The notes beneath the pieces are model-generated. The model was not told the DNA's origin and searched no databases. It saw only the letters and a program-made list of their open reading frames with translations. Shown here piece by piece: positions 1 to 10,051 of a DNA stretch of 64,000 bases. Each line of letters starts with the position of its first letter. The first letter of the stretch is position 1. Source of the stretch: a virus (Duplodnaviria > Caudoviricetes); the IMG/VR virus record IMGVR_UViG_2630968832_000007, positions 2,735 through 66,734 of that record. One strand, given 5' to 3'. A program made the translations under genes and the position numbers.

Positions 1-1122
1 TGTCAGCATGTACGGCGGCGAATAGTGATAGCCCGGAAGTTTTCCGTCTGCAACGACAAACAGAATCCCGCCACCTGTCTGCGGTTCAATGCTGTACCAA
101 AATTCAGGCCGGTACGCCCCAAGGTTCGCCGATGCATCATAACCCGGCTCCCCTTCAAATGCCGTGATCTTTGCTTTTTCCGTGGCCGTTCCCGGTATCC
201 AGTTGCACAGCCGCATCTCAGACCACGGATAGATATTGTCAAAATCGTTCACGATGCCAGCATCGAATGTCCCCATGTGCGCAGCAGCGGTCTTTCCCTC
301 GGCATTGTACAGACGCGTACATGCAGAGTTGATGCCGTCCCAAAGAGCGCCATACCGGTGCACACCAACACCAAAGCTCTGCGCCGCATCTTCTGCGCGT
401 TTTGCGGCCGCCTCTGCTGTTGCGGCCTTCTTTGTGACCTCTTCGAGCTGTTTTTCGCCTTCTGCCGCGACCGCGTTTTTCTGTTCCGTCCCTTCCGTGG
501 TGATTTTCGCAAGCGCAGTGTCTTTTGTGTCCGCAACTTTTTTTACCGCTGCGTCAGACGCCTGCGTACCAGCATTTTCTACTGCCTGCACTGCATCTGT
601 TTCAGCCGTTTCAATGGCTGTGAGCGCCGCATTTGATGCATCTTCGGCAGATTTAGCGGACGCGGCCGCAGCCTGCGCCGATGCATCTGCGGCGTTCGCA
701 GATTCTGCCGCTGCCACCCGGTCTCCTCTTGTTTCTGCAAGTATCTGGTCAATGATGGACGGCGTGGTGCCGCCCTCGCCATCTTCCGTCCCCGAATGAT
801 CTGCCACGCGATATGTCAAATCGTGGCTGATACGCCGCACGCCGCTGGATACGCCCGTAAATACAATATGACCCGAAACCGTATGCGTGGCCTTTGCCGT
901 TGCCTCTGGCGGCACGTTGATGTAGCCATCTTTGCCAAGCAGCACACGAACGGGTTCTTCACCCGGCGGGCAAAATGTCGCCGTGATGTCAAGCCCGTCC
1001 CAGGCATCGCCCGCAGTGATGTGCAACTGCTCAATTCCATAGCTCCCGCGCGTGCCGAACATCAGATAGCGCTCGCCTACCAAGGCGGCTTCATATCCGT
1101 TCAGTTCTATTTCATGGAGCAT
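1..1122 (-). CDS. Tail fibre / receptor-binding protein, 3'-partial (runs off the left edge)
   Basis: Hand translation from ATG 1122 (MLHEIELNGY...) is open to base 1; Ala-rich heptad segment, then a globular domain (YPWSEMRLCNW...PEFWYS); absent from the ORF track because no stop is in the window. Confidence 0.7.
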   Translation of the reverse strand, partial: MLHEIELNGYEAALVGERYLMFGTRGSYGIEQLHITAGDAWDGLDITATFCPPGEEPVRVLLGKDGYINVPPEATAKATHTVSGHIVFTGVSSGVRRISHDLTYRVADHSGTEDGEGGTTPSIIDQILAETRGDRVAAAESANAADASAQAAAASAKSAEDASNAALTAIETAETDAVQAVENAGTQASDAAVKKVADTKDTALAKITTEGTEQKNAVAAEGEKQLEEVTKKAATAEAAAKRAEDAAQSFGVGVHRYGALWDGINSACTRLYNAEGKTAAAHMGTFDAGIVNDFDNIYPWSEMRLCNWIPGTATEKAKITAFEGEPGYDASANLGAYRPEFWYSIEPQTGGGILFVVADGKLPGYHYSPPYMLT

Positions 1123-1135
1123 GACAGCGCCCCCT

Positions 1136-1540
1136 TTACAGTCCCAGCGCGGCAAGCTGCTGCTCGATGTAGGTGCGCTGCTCCAGCTCGGCCACAAGGT
1201 GCATTTCTTCAACGACCTGCCCGGTGGCAATGTCTGTTTTGCTCACGCGCTTTTTGCCGATGCTCGCCACAAGGCAATAGTGCTGGTATAGCGTGTCATA
1301 AAGGACATCTCCCTTTTTGATTCCACGGCCCGGGTCATCTGCATCGGCAATTCCTTGCATTTTGATTTCGGCCGTTGCAGTCTCATCCATAAAAGCAGCT
1401 TCAAACTCCGCCGCTGTCATGGTATCCTCCGCCATGTGAATTTCCATGCGGCTGCGGACGTTCGGGCTACCGCTGGGATAGACTACCGTTTCATTTAGCG
1501 CATCATATTTTCTCCCGTTTTTCAGTGTGATTATTAGCAT
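1136..1540 (-). CDS. Phage tail-region protein (possible fibre chaperone)
   Basis: 134-aa ORF with AAGGAGG RBS between fibre genes. Confidence 0.6.
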   Translation of the reverse strand: MLIITLKNGRKYDALNETVVYPSGSPNVRSRMEIHMAEDTMTAAEFEAAFMDETATAEIKMQGIADADDPGRGIKKGDVLYDTLYQHYCLVASIGKKRVSKTDIATGQVVEEMHLVAELEQRTYIEQQLAALGL

Positions 1541-1573
1541 TGTATATGCCTCCTTGAAATATTCCCAGACGCA

Positions 1574-2209
1574 TCAAGCCGGGATTTGAATGAGATTGTT
1601 CAGGTTGATGTTATTACAATATGCGTTGTACCCCCAAAGCAAAAATCCGATGTAGTAACTTCCAGTGACGCTAGAAAGGTATTCAATAGTAGTGTTGTTT
1701 ACTGGCCAACTGTATGTCCAGTCATAATGCTGGTCTCCACTACGGAATACATCCTTACCTGGAGCGCTGATTAAGCCCGTATCTTCTAGATTGCTGAATG
1801 GAAGCGGATTGCTGGGGACACTTGACAACAAAACGAGTTTCAGGTTGATATTCCATAAAAATCCACTTGTATCCCTTGTGGTATTAGAACCAGTACCACT
1901 GAGATAAAATGAAAACCTGTCTCCGGCTTTTACGTTGATTTTGTTTCCTGTATGGCACAATGTACCAAAATATGTATTACTGTTGTAGCCATTACTGCTA
2001 ATGGCCGTGCCAAGTGCCCACTGTCCGGACACGTTTGCCATGTAGTAATTAGCCCATCCTCCGCTCGAACCCGTTCCGCCATTTACCCACAAATCAGTTT
2101 GTCGTTTCCAAACCTCCACATTATTTGCTTTAAGGCTTGATAAAGAAACACCATTCTCTTTGACCGCTCCGCTTCCGGGTATTGAACTACCGTTAAAAAT
2201 CAAAGGCAT
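1574..2209 (-). CDS. Putative tail tip / adhesin module
   Basis: 211 aa, G/S/N/aromatic-rich; visibly lower GC than flanking genes. Confidence 0.55.
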   Translation of the reverse strand: MPLIFNGSSIPGSGAVKENGVSLSSLKANNVEVWKRQTDLWVNGGTGSSGGWANYYMANVSGQWALGTAISSNGYNSNTYFGTLCHTGNKINVKAGDRFSFYLSGTGSNTTRDTSGFLWNINLKLVLLSSVPSNPLPFSNLEDTGLISAPGKDVFRSGDQHYDWTYSWPVNNTTIEYLSSVTGSYYIGFLLWGYNAYCNNINLNNLIQIPA

Positions 2210-2222
2210 GTTTGCACCGCCT

Positions 2223-2720
2223 TTACGTATAAGTGATGGACAGCGTAGTGCCGGACAGGCTCATTGATATATTGCTGGCCCGCCGTGCATTGGAAAGCCT
2301 GTCGTCGTTGCCTTGGCACACGGTGCCCGCCGCTGTGCCGAAGTTCTTGTTGAAGGCAGTATTTTTTGTGAAGGCGGGTTCGGCTCCGAGGGCGGCCCGT
2401 GCTTCAGCAGCAGTTGCTTTTCCTGTGCCGCCGTGTTCGATTCCAATTACTGAACTACCGTCTGCGCCGATTGCATTCAGCAAAGCCAGCAGTGCAGAAA
2501 ATGCGTCCGCGGGGCTGGGGTCTGTTACGTCAGGGCATAACACGGAGGCCAATGCGTCTGGAAGCACCGCGGCCTTGCTGTATGGTGTGCCCTCGGTTAT
2601 CGGCGCATCGTTGCGTGTCAGAGTGATGTTGAAAGCTTCTCCGGCCTGTAGTTTTTGCAGGTCACTTGCGGTAATGGTTGCTGTGTACCGTCCCGGCGCG
2701 CCAGGTACTCGGTCCGTCAT
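2223..2720 (-). CDS. Short tail fibre/baseplate protein
   Basis: Start re-placed at ATG 2720 (MTDRVPG), overlapping the upstream stop; GGTG..TAAEARAALG and DDRLSNAR fibre-type motifs. Confidence 0.65.
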   Translation of the reverse strand: MTDRVPGAPGRYTATITASDLQKLQAGEAFNITLTRNDAPITEGTPYSKAAVLPDALASVLCPDVTDPSPADAFSALLALLNAIGADGSSVIGIEHGGTGKATAAEARAALGAEPAFTKNTAFNKNFGTAAGTVCQGNDDRLSNARRASNISMSLSGTTLSITYT

Positions 2721-3145
2721 AATCCTGTCTCCTCTCCGGCGTATGCTGCGCCGCTGTATTGATAAGCGTTTTGAATACCGCAGATGCGGTCGTGCACTTG
2801 CAGGAGCGCTTTCTCTATGGCGTTCGCCCCACGGTAGGTCAAGAAGTTCATGTCCACCGGAAAATCCACCGGAGCGAGAATCCCCATAGTAGACAGTAAG
2901 GTCGTCACGTTCTCCAAATACACGGCCATATTTGCTGTGCGTATCCATTTGTCTGGGTCATATGCCTCTGGCGGCGCCCAGTCGGTTTTCGGCGCCACTG
3001 CTGTTTGTAGATCGAGCTGAGGTAGCAGTGCAGCCAGTTCTTCCACCGCCTGTCCTACCCGGTTGAGGTCCTCGGCTTGATATATCCCCTTAGAGTTGCC
3101 CAGCAGGACGTCTGTTTCCGTGCGGTCAATCACAAGATCTATCAA
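2717..3145 (-). CDS. Phage baseplate-region protein
   Basis: 142 aa, DLNRV motif, coupled to neighbours by overlapping start/stop. Confidence 0.6.
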   Translation of the reverse strand: MIDLVIDRTETDVLLGNSKGIYQAEDLNRVGQAVEELAALLPQLDLQTAVAPKTDWAPPEAYDPDKWIRTANMAVYLENVTTLLSTMGILAPVDFPVDMNFLTYRGANAIEKALLQVHDRICGIQNAYQYSGAAYAGEETGL

Positions 3146-4803
3146 AATATTACCTCCTCGGCAGCAAACATCTGGCCAGCATACCCAACTGCGGTTTGTG
3201 CGGGCAGCTCCAGCCCTACCACGGTAATTGCGGCGGTCACTGCACTCCGAGTGATGTCCTGCTCCATCCGGGTGACGAACCCGTCAATGTTCCGGCCCCA
3301 GTTGCTGTAGCTGACCACTCGTTCGCCGGCCTGTTGCCCATTCACTACGATTTCTTCGGTCAGGGTTTGTCGTAGCAGATAGAATGCATACAGCCGCTCC
3401 AACGCCGCTGCGGCGTTCTCAACAGTCAGCAGCGTGGCCTGCTCCACCCGCACCACATTGCCGCGTTCTGCTGCGAGTGCCTGCGGATTTGCCTTGGCCA
3501 GCGTGCGCGTGGTGTGGATGTACTTCTTGCCGGTCAGGGTGACTTCGCCCTCGGCGGTGATCGTCACCCAGTTGGCGCCGCTATCCACCAATGTGCCTCC
3601 CGTGATAGCATAACCATAGTGTGGTGCGTCCCAAGTGTACATCACAGCCTCTCCGGATATCGGTTCTGAGCGCAGGAGTTCTTCTGTCTCGTCCCCGGCA
3701 GCGTAGCTGTGTGCGACCACCTCTACGCGAGCAACCCGGGAGGCGGTTTCAACCACGGCCCCGGGAAAGATCCGGGATGCCGGGATGGTGGATGCCACTC
3801 CGTCTGGTCGTGGTATGAACCGCACCGCGTATCCTCCCTGCGTAGTAACCATGGCGCCAATGGAAAGCGCCACTTGCTGGAGTGCTTCCCGGCGCGTGCA
3901 GATGGGCAGGTATCCGCTGATGGTGGCGGCGGTGAAATCCTCGGCCAGGCTGTATTCGATGGTTCCCAGGATGTCGGTTAACAAAGCTGCCACAGGGGCT
4001 TCCTCGTAGATGCCTCCGAAGAAGTCGTCGTCCAGCCGCCCGAGGATGGATTGAGTGGTGAAAGTGTAGAAGTGCGAGCCTTCCCGGGTCGAGGTGCGTA
4101 TGTAGTGCGCGGCCCGCAGGCCGCCATCCACGTACAGCTCAATTGCCTGGTGTTCCTGCGGTGCGTAGTCTCGCCCGTGTCGGTCGTTGAACTCCAATGT
4201 GAACTCATCCACCGAAAGTTCAGTCATCCCCGGGTCGACCTCGGCCAGGTACTGTACTCGGGTGAGTTCAGTTTCGTCCAGTGTAATCAGTTGGCCAATA
4301 CGTAACTGGGTGAGCTTGGCGAAGTGCCCGGGGTGGTTTGTCGCCAGCAGTTGAATGTTGATGCGGTCGAAGCTCTCTACCGTCTGTGTAAGTACCCACT
4401 GTGGGTCGTCAGGCTCTGCTGTCGTGTCAGCCAGCAACGTGGTGCCGCTATACCACCGCACCCGCAGTTTACTGCAATACTGCCCGGTGGACGGGCTGAA
4501 CGTGAACGTCAGACCGGTTGCGGTGTACGGAGCGGTGAAGGTAATGTCTATCTCGGGGGGCGTCTCAAACATGCAATCATCGTCGCTCCGGTTGAGGCTC
4601 CAGCAGGCCGTGGGCTCCCCGTCGGTCACTGTCCGGCTGCCGTCCAATACCCATTCTCCCGGCTCCAGTGTAGCTACTGCTACATCATCCACTCCCGCCA
4701 TCAGCCGAGAGCTACTGCAGAAGCCCTGTCCGCCGATCCAAGCGGCTGTGCCGGCGTCCTGTGCCCCTACAGGATAGTCGAGGTATTTCGCATACACACT
4801 CAT
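3142..4803 (-). CDS. Baseplate hub / Tal-like tail protein
   Basis: About 553 aa from ATG 4803 with GGAGG RBS; lies after the Dit-like gene. Confidence 0.65.
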   Translation of the reverse strand: MSVYAKYLDYPVGAQDAGTAAWIGGQGFCSSSRLMAGVDDVAVATLEPGEWVLDGSRTVTDGEPTACWSLNRSDDDCMFETPPEIDITFTAPYTATGLTFTFSPSTGQYCSKLRVRWYSGTTLLADTTAEPDDPQWVLTQTVESFDRINIQLLATNHPGHFAKLTQLRIGQLITLDETELTRVQYLAEVDPGMTELSVDEFTLEFNDRHGRDYAPQEHQAIELYVDGGLRAAHYIRTSTREGSHFYTFTTQSILGRLDDDFFGGIYEEAPVAALLTDILGTIEYSLAEDFTAATISGYLPICTRREALQQVALSIGAMVTTQGGYAVRFIPRPDGVASTIPASRIFPGAVVETASRVARVEVVAHSYAAGDETEELLRSEPISGEAVMYTWDAPHYGYAITGGTLVDSGANWVTITAEGEVTLTGKKYIHTTRTLAKANPQALAAERGNVVRVEQATLLTVENAAAALERLYAFYLLRQTLTEEIVVNGQQAGERVVSYSNWGRNIDGFVTRMEQDITRSAVTAAITVVGLELPAQTAVGYAGQMFAAEEVIF

Positions 4804-5204
4804 TTGGGCCGCCTCCTCGGGCTCATGGCGACGAATGACAGCTGTATCTCGCCCCATTGCGTGTGGTCTGGGTCAAGCCTGATGAGAGCCTGCTCGCCGC
4901 TCGTAATATACATGCGTTGTGTGATGGTGCCCTGATTGTATGGGAATGTACACACATGAGATACGGTCGGCTCGCTCAAAATGTCCCACAGAGCGTCCAG
5001 ATCCGCCGCCCCGACGCCGTTTGCCCGTGCACGGATGGTCATCTTGTAGTTGTAAAAAGTACCGATGACGTCCCGGAACATCTCACCGTCGGCGGTTCGT
5101 CCGGTTTTTTCGCTGTCCAGGATGGAAAATGAACGGCTGTGGCTGGTCACCAGCACGTTATACGCCTTGCCGTCAAGAAGAAAAGTAGGAGGTTGTGCAG
5201 CCAT
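4800..5204 (-). CDS. Distal tail (Dit-like) protein
   Basis: 134 aa directly after the tape measure; GRTADGEMFRDVIG motif. Confidence 0.6.
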   Translation of the reverse strand: MAAQPPTFLLDGKAYNVLVTSHSRSFSILDSEKTGRTADGEMFRDVIGTFYNYKMTIRARANGVGAADLDALWDILSEPTVSHVCTFPYNQGTITQRMYITSGEQALIRLDPDHTQWGEIQLSFVAMSPRRRPK

Positions 5205-5208
5205 ATCC

Positions 5209-7743
5209 TCACACTACCCCCTTTACAAGTCTCGTTCCTCTGCGGTGCTGCTCACGTTCAATGACCGGGTGCAGCACTCTTGCCAGCTGGGCAAGGTCTC
5301 CGGTGAATTTGATGGTGATATCTCCGCCGCCCTGCTGCGTCATCACTTCGGACAGTGCCTGCTTGATGGTCTCCAGCGGGGCTTCGATGTTGGTGCCGCT
5401 GCTCTGGTCGCCCAGAACGGCCATAAACTCACGATTCGGCGGAATGACCGCGCCCTGGGCAAGGTAGGGGATTTTTCCGATACTCGGGAAGTTAAAGCCT
5501 ATCGTGTTCCCGGTAAACGGGTTTGTGAACGATATGCCGTTGACCTTCTCAATGACCCAGTTGATGGAGTCGATCAGACCATTCAGGATTCCTATAATTG
5601 CATTAATGGGTGCGAGTGCGATGGCCTTTAGAGCACCAAAGATACCGGCAAAGATTTCTTTGACTCCTTTCCATGCGCGTTCCCAGTCTCCCGTAAACAC
5701 GCCGCGGATAAAGTCGATGATGCCATCGAATATCAGTTTGATGCTGTTCCAAATGTTTTTTACGTTCGCAAAAAACGCGTTCAGCAGATTGCCCAGGATG
5801 CCAAAGCTTTGGCTCCAGTCAGTCACGAAGATATTTTGCAGAAATGCATCGATCTCCTGCAGTTTCGCCTGTATCTGGTCACCCCATTTGGCGATAACGG
5901 CAATGAAGAGGATGACGAGCCCAAGCAGGATTGTCGGCCACAAACCAATAGCCGCAACGATGGTAGAGAGCAGCGTGCCTATGCCGGAGACGACATGGGG
6001 CAATATGCTTGTGAAAAGAGTGCTGATGCAGGAGCCAAGCCCAGACAGCAGCATGGGCAGAAGTTGGGCGCCGAACATACGGAGCAGCTGTAGGCTGGAA
6101 AAAATCACCAACCCCATCAGTAGTGATGGCAGCAGCGGCTCAATGAGGCCGCCGAGGGAACGCAGAAGGCCAGCCCAATCAATGGTCTCGAGCATATCCA
6201 ATATCCCTTCTCCGATTTTTCCCCAATCCACACTTTGAATAGCCTCTGCAAGAGCATCGATAAAGCCGATCGCAAAACTGCTTATCTGTGCGCCCAACAT
6301 TGCCCAATCGAGGTTCGCGAGAAAAGTGCCGAGTGTACGTATCGCAATCGTGAATTTTGATGCGAAGAGTGCGCCAAGCTGTGCGCCGTCCACCTGGTTC
6401 AGAAGGCCGTTGACAAAGCCGGCCAGCTTGGCCCCGAGCCCATTCCAATCGAATGTGGTGAGAAAGCTGAATGCAAACGATATCCCGTTCTGCAGCATCC
6501 CGCCCAGTTTCTGCCCCCAGCCATAGGCGTCCCAGCCGGCAATAATACTGTTGAGCTTGTCCGCAAGCATTGTACCGGCTCCGGCCCAATCGCCGCCCTT
6601 GATGGCATCCGTCAGGCTGTCGAGGAACGGATTGCTTGCCTCGTAAGCAAGGCTTGGCGGTGATGCGCTGCCACCACCAGAACCGGAACTGGTATCCAAC
6701 GTGTTGATAGTGTCGAAACCGGCCAGCGCTTTTTTTGCGGCATTTGTACCGGCGGCCACTCCGCCCATGGCCTTCGCAGTGGATTTCAGGCTTGCAATGC
6801 TTTTCCCGCTGAAAAATGCGAATAGCCTGCCGATGTACGACAGCGCGATTGCTGCGGCATTTGCAATAGCGGTCAGGGCTGGAGTGAGCGCTGAGACGAG
6901 CGGCGCAGCAGCATTCAGGGCGGCTCCCTTGAGGTTGGAAAGGGCAGATGTAAATGCGCCGGATTTCGTGAGCGCATTGTTCATTCCGGTCACGAAGCCG
7001 CGCAGTGCTTTGGAGATCCCATTAAATATCAATGCACCGAGCGCAATTTCACGCAGCCGGCTGCCGAAATGTCCCACTGCCTTTCCACCCAGCTTGGTTC
7101 GTGCTGTAAGGCGTTTGAAACCGTCGGAAAGTCGGCTGACAGCGCGGTGTGCCTTGCCCGCAAAGGAAGAAATACCCTGCACAAAGCTCGACATGGCGCT
7201 TGCAGCTCTCGCCTTTATTTGCTGCGCGCCCATTGCGGCATTGATTCCGTCCAACCGTTCGCGCAAAACCTGTTGCGCTGCGGCCATATGCTGCGTGCTC
7301 TGTGCATGCGCGTCTACTGCGGCCTTTGCCGCGCTTACCGCCGCCTCCTGTTTCGAAAGCGTTGCAGCGAGCGCTTCTGACTGCTTTACCGCCTCCGGGT
7401 TGTTGAGCATTGCGTTGTTTGTTGCCATGTTTGAGAGCGTCGAGGGCTTAAAGTTCTGAAACCCTGGTGTGGCTTTGATTTTGGCAAGTTCTGTCTGTTT
7501 TGCGGTTTCCAGCTTTGTGTTGACTCTATCAAGCTCCGCAGCGGTATCCGCAGCAGCCTTTTGGGCTTGGCGGAGATTGTCCGCCAGTTTTGTATCGCTT
7601 TTTGCAGCCGCCAGTTTTTGGTCGAGCTTAGCTATTTCCGCGGCGGTGCTTTTTGCGTCTTTTTGCAATACAGCAAGGTCTTTCAACGCCTGATCTTTGC
7701 GTATTTTGGTGTCTATTACGATTCTTCCGTCCGCCATGCTCAC
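5209..7743 (-). CDS. Tape measure protein
   Basis: 844 aa, Ala-rich helical, repeated DW motifs, ADGRIVIDT N-terminus, IPYLAQGAVIPPNREF C-terminus. Confidence 0.92.
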   Translation of the reverse strand: MSMADGRIVIDTKIRKDQALKDLAVLQKDAKSTAAEIAKLDQKLAAAKSDTKLADNLRQAQKAAADTAAELDRVNTKLETAKQTELAKIKATPGFQNFKPSTLSNMATNNAMLNNPEAVKQSEALAATLSKQEAAVSAAKAAVDAHAQSTQHMAAAQQVLRERLDGINAAMGAQQIKARAASAMSSFVQGISSFAGKAHRAVSRLSDGFKRLTARTKLGGKAVGHFGSRLREIALGALIFNGISKALRGFVTGMNNALTKSGAFTSALSNLKGAALNAAAPLVSALTPALTAIANAAAIALSYIGRLFAFFSGKSIASLKSTAKAMGGVAAGTNAAKKALAGFDTINTLDTSSGSGGGSASPPSLAYEASNPFLDSLTDAIKGGDWAGAGTMLADKLNSIIAGWDAYGWGQKLGGMLQNGISFAFSFLTTFDWNGLGAKLAGFVNGLLNQVDGAQLGALFASKFTIAIRTLGTFLANLDWAMLGAQISSFAIGFIDALAEAIQSVDWGKIGEGILDMLETIDWAGLLRSLGGLIEPLLPSLLMGLVIFSSLQLLRMFGAQLLPMLLSGLGSCISTLFTSILPHVVSGIGTLLSTIVAAIGLWPTILLGLVILFIAVIAKWGDQIQAKLQEIDAFLQNIFVTDWSQSFGILGNLLNAFFANVKNIWNSIKLIFDGIIDFIRGVFTGDWERAWKGVKEIFAGIFGALKAIALAPINAIIGILNGLIDSINWVIEKVNGISFTNPFTGNTIGFNFPSIGKIPYLAQGAVIPPNREFMAVLGDQSSGTNIEAPLETIKQALSEVMTQQGGGDITIKFTGDLAQLARVLHPVIEREQHRRGTRLVKGVV

Positions 7744-8291
7744 ACCCCCAATCGTTCAAAAAATGCCTGCTCCTCCGAGGTCAGCGTTGGTGCAATGCTT
7801 ATCAGGTCCGGGTTGTCCCGGACAAATTCCTGCTCGTACTTTTCCAGCTTTTGGCCCTTTATCCGTTTGCTTCGTATGCCCACAACGGTAGCAAAAAGCC
7901 CCCGCCCGATGCTGCTGTATGCTCCGATAAACTCCCACCAGTGCAGGTAATCGCACCGGCGGCAGGAATATCCGAGCACCGCATCGATGGCGGGGGCGAT
8001 CAATCCCGCGTCCTTTGTCCAGTCGACAAGCTTTGGCTTGGGCGGCTGGTTTTCAGGCGTGGGTTCACCCAGATTGATAAATTCCATTGCTGCTTTGAAC
8101 GCTCCATCCCAATCCTGTATATCCTTCCACTCGGGATAGAGTATACGCACGCATGCGGCAGCCCTTTCGGGCATTGTCAGATCCAGGTCATCCAATGCAG
8201 CCAGTGCATCCAACACGGCGCGAAAATCCGAGCGGATGGGCGTTTCTTTTCCGTCAACAGTCGCGGTCGTGGGCAGGCTCCACGCGCTCAC
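7740..8291 (-). CDS. Bacteriophage Gp15-family protein
   Basis: IRSDFR and LHWWEF motifs; directly upstream of the tape measure. Confidence 0.85.
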   Translation of the reverse strand: MSAWSLPTTATVDGKETPIRSDFRAVLDALAALDDLDLTMPERAAACVRILYPEWKDIQDWDGAFKAAMEFINLGEPTPENQPPKPKLVDWTKDAGLIAPAIDAVLGYSCRRCDYLHWWEFIGAYSSIGRGLFATVVGIRSKRIKGQKLEKYEQEFVRDNPDLISIAPTLTSEEQAFFERLGV

Positions 8292-8734
8292 CGCTGTTCG
8301 GGCGCAAGGCCGATGGCCTTACCCTCGTATTTTCCGGTATGCGCTTTAATGCGGGCTTCGCTGTTGGCCTGTGCAGTTTTCTGTGCCTCCAGAATAATAG
8401 GTTCAACAGCCTGCAGAACGTGGTCGAGTACCATGCTGCCGTCCTCGCAGATCGCAAGGCTGCTGACCTGCTGGAAGAACACTTCCGAAACTGGCGTGCC
8501 GAAAGCATGGTCGATTTGCGCTTTCACCTCGCGGTCAAGCATGGCCAGACCGTCCGCCGTGTCGTATTCTCCTTCTGGAGTGCTTGCCAATTCGCGCACG
8601 CGCTTCTCGGCGTCCTTCCACCGGGGCAGCAGCCCCGGGTCGGAAGGGTTAAAATGGATTGTGCCGAGGGTATTCCCGTCGGTGTCGCAAACTTCAAAAC
8701 TCTTGAGCCCAAGGTCAATTTTAAGCATTGCCAT
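8288..8734 (-). CDS. Tail assembly chaperone
   Basis: 148 aa with FNPSD motif between major tail and Gp15. Confidence 0.7.
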   Translation of the reverse strand: MAMLKIDLGLKSFEVCDTDGNTLGTIHFNPSDPGLLPRWKDAEKRVRELASTPEGEYDTADGLAMLDREVKAQIDHAFGTPVSEVFFQQVSSLAICEDGSMVLDHVLQAVEPIILEAQKTAQANSEARIKAHTGKYEGKAIGLAPEQR

Positions 8735-8749
8735 TACGCATCCCTCCTG

Positions 8750-9274
8750 TTATGCTGCGGTGGTCGGCGTGAAAGTAGGAACGCCGTTTGCGACAGTAGC
8801 TGTGCCGAGGACTTTTTCATTGCTGAGATACACGTTCATCGGCATGCCGACATAGGTGCTTCCGCCAAGGCTCTGCGGTACGATCGTGCAGTTGGTGTGC
8901 TTTTCAGCGGTGAATGCGGATGCAGTGCCGAGAAAGCAGTGCACATGAAGAATGGTGAACTGGCCCAGCTCTGCAATGGCGTTGCGGCGCTCGATGTCGA
9001 GAAGCTTTGCGCTCAGTTTCTGCCCACCGCGGATGGTACAGGGGTCAAGGTCGAGCTCAGGCTTTGCGGGGCTTACCTCCGTGTCGGTAATGCCGAGAAT
9101 GTCGGTCGTCTGGTTCGTGTCGTGATTGAATGCTACGCTTGCATCCTCTACGCCGCGGCCAAGAAGCTCCCACTCTTCGGTTTCACCGGTCCCCATATTT
9201 ACAAAAATCATTTCGAGCTTACGGTCGGCCTTAAGGCCGTTCGCAAGATTGATAGCAGCTGCGGTATCCGCCAT
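8750..9274 (-). CDS. Major tail (tube) protein
   Basis: Start re-placed at ATG 9274 after GAGGAGG; position and size. Confidence 0.8.
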   Translation of the reverse strand: MADTAAAINLANGLKADRKLEMIFVNMGTGETEEWELLGRGVEDASVAFNHDTNQTTDILGITDTEVSPAKPELDLDPCTIRGGQKLSAKLLDIERRNAIAELGQFTILHVHCFLGTASAFTAEKHTNCTIVPQSLGGSTYVGMPMNVYLSNEKVLGTATVANGVPTFTPTTAA

Positions 9275-9276
9275 GG

Positions 9277-9702
9277 TTATGCCTCCTCTAAAATCAGTTG
9301 AATTTGTAATTGATATTCTGCGGTGTTTGCGCCGGCAGTAACGATAACACCAGCGTTTGATGTGCTGACGCGCTCGACATGGTATCCATCGATGCCTGTT
9401 GGGTATCGGCGTGTCCGGTTTTGTGCGCGGATCCATCTGGAAAGTCCTGAAAAGAGCTCCGCAGAAGCGATATTGGTCCCCATGTGAGCTCCGAACGGCA
9501 GACGGGCCAGAAACACCATGTTATACGTGGCGATATCGTACCCGCACACATCTTCCTTATGAGTTTCACTCGCCAGCGTGAGCGTGTACTCTACCGCCCG
9601 GTCGCCAAGATAATTGACGTTGAATCGGTCATTTTTGTCTATCAGTGGGCATTCACGCAGCCATGTGCGTGCAGCCGTCAGTGCGTCACCCATTACCGCC
9701 AC
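9277..9702 (-). CDS. Tail terminator / neck protein
   Basis: C-terminal AEYQLQIQL; lies before the major tail gene. Confidence 0.65.
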   Translation of the reverse strand: MAVMGDALTAARTWLRECPLIDKNDRFNVNYLGDRAVEYTLTLASETHKEDVCGYDIATYNMVFLARLPFGAHMGTNIASAELFSGLSRWIRAQNRTRRYPTGIDGYHVERVSTSNAGVIVTAGANTAEYQLQIQLILEEA

Positions 9703-10051
9703 CTCCTACGATAGCCTGAACTCCGCTGACGATATCCTCCTTATGCTCTGTCATGGCCCGTTCGAACCAGTAAGCGCCGCGTTCGGGCGCTTCATTGAAG
9801 TTATACTGAGGGTTATAGTACATCCGTCTGGCGTATGGCGTGTCGTACACTATGGTTCCCTGCCCGATAACGGACGCCGCCAGCGCGCTGTCTTTCAGCA
9901 TGCCGGTCTCAAACGGTACCTTTGGGTCACAGTATCGGATGACTTCACTGTCCACGAACGTTTGAGCCGGGCCTCCAAGGGCGAGCCCGTGGCGCTCAAG
10001 AATGAGGCTGGCGCTGTCAAATTCCAGGCTTGCGTCAAATTCTATAGGCAT
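9686..10051 (-). CDS. Minor capsid / neck protein (A118-type)
   Basis: VPFETGMLKDS...YDTPYARRMYY...GAYWFERA motifs. Confidence 0.8.
   Translation of the reverse strand: MPIEFDASLEFDSASLILERHGLALGGPAQTFVDSEVIRYCDPKVPFETGMLKDSALAASVIGQGTIVYDTPYARRMYYNPQYNFNEAPERGAYWFERAMTEHKEDIVSGVQAIVGGGGNG

Noticed and set aside
1574-1700. DGR variable region (many AAY codons)
   Set aside because: No second near-identical copy and no reverse transcriptase in the window
7740-8734. Programmed tail-chaperone frameshift
   Set aside because: The chaperone and Gp15 are separate ORFs with a GTGA overlap; no convincing slippery heptamer was seen
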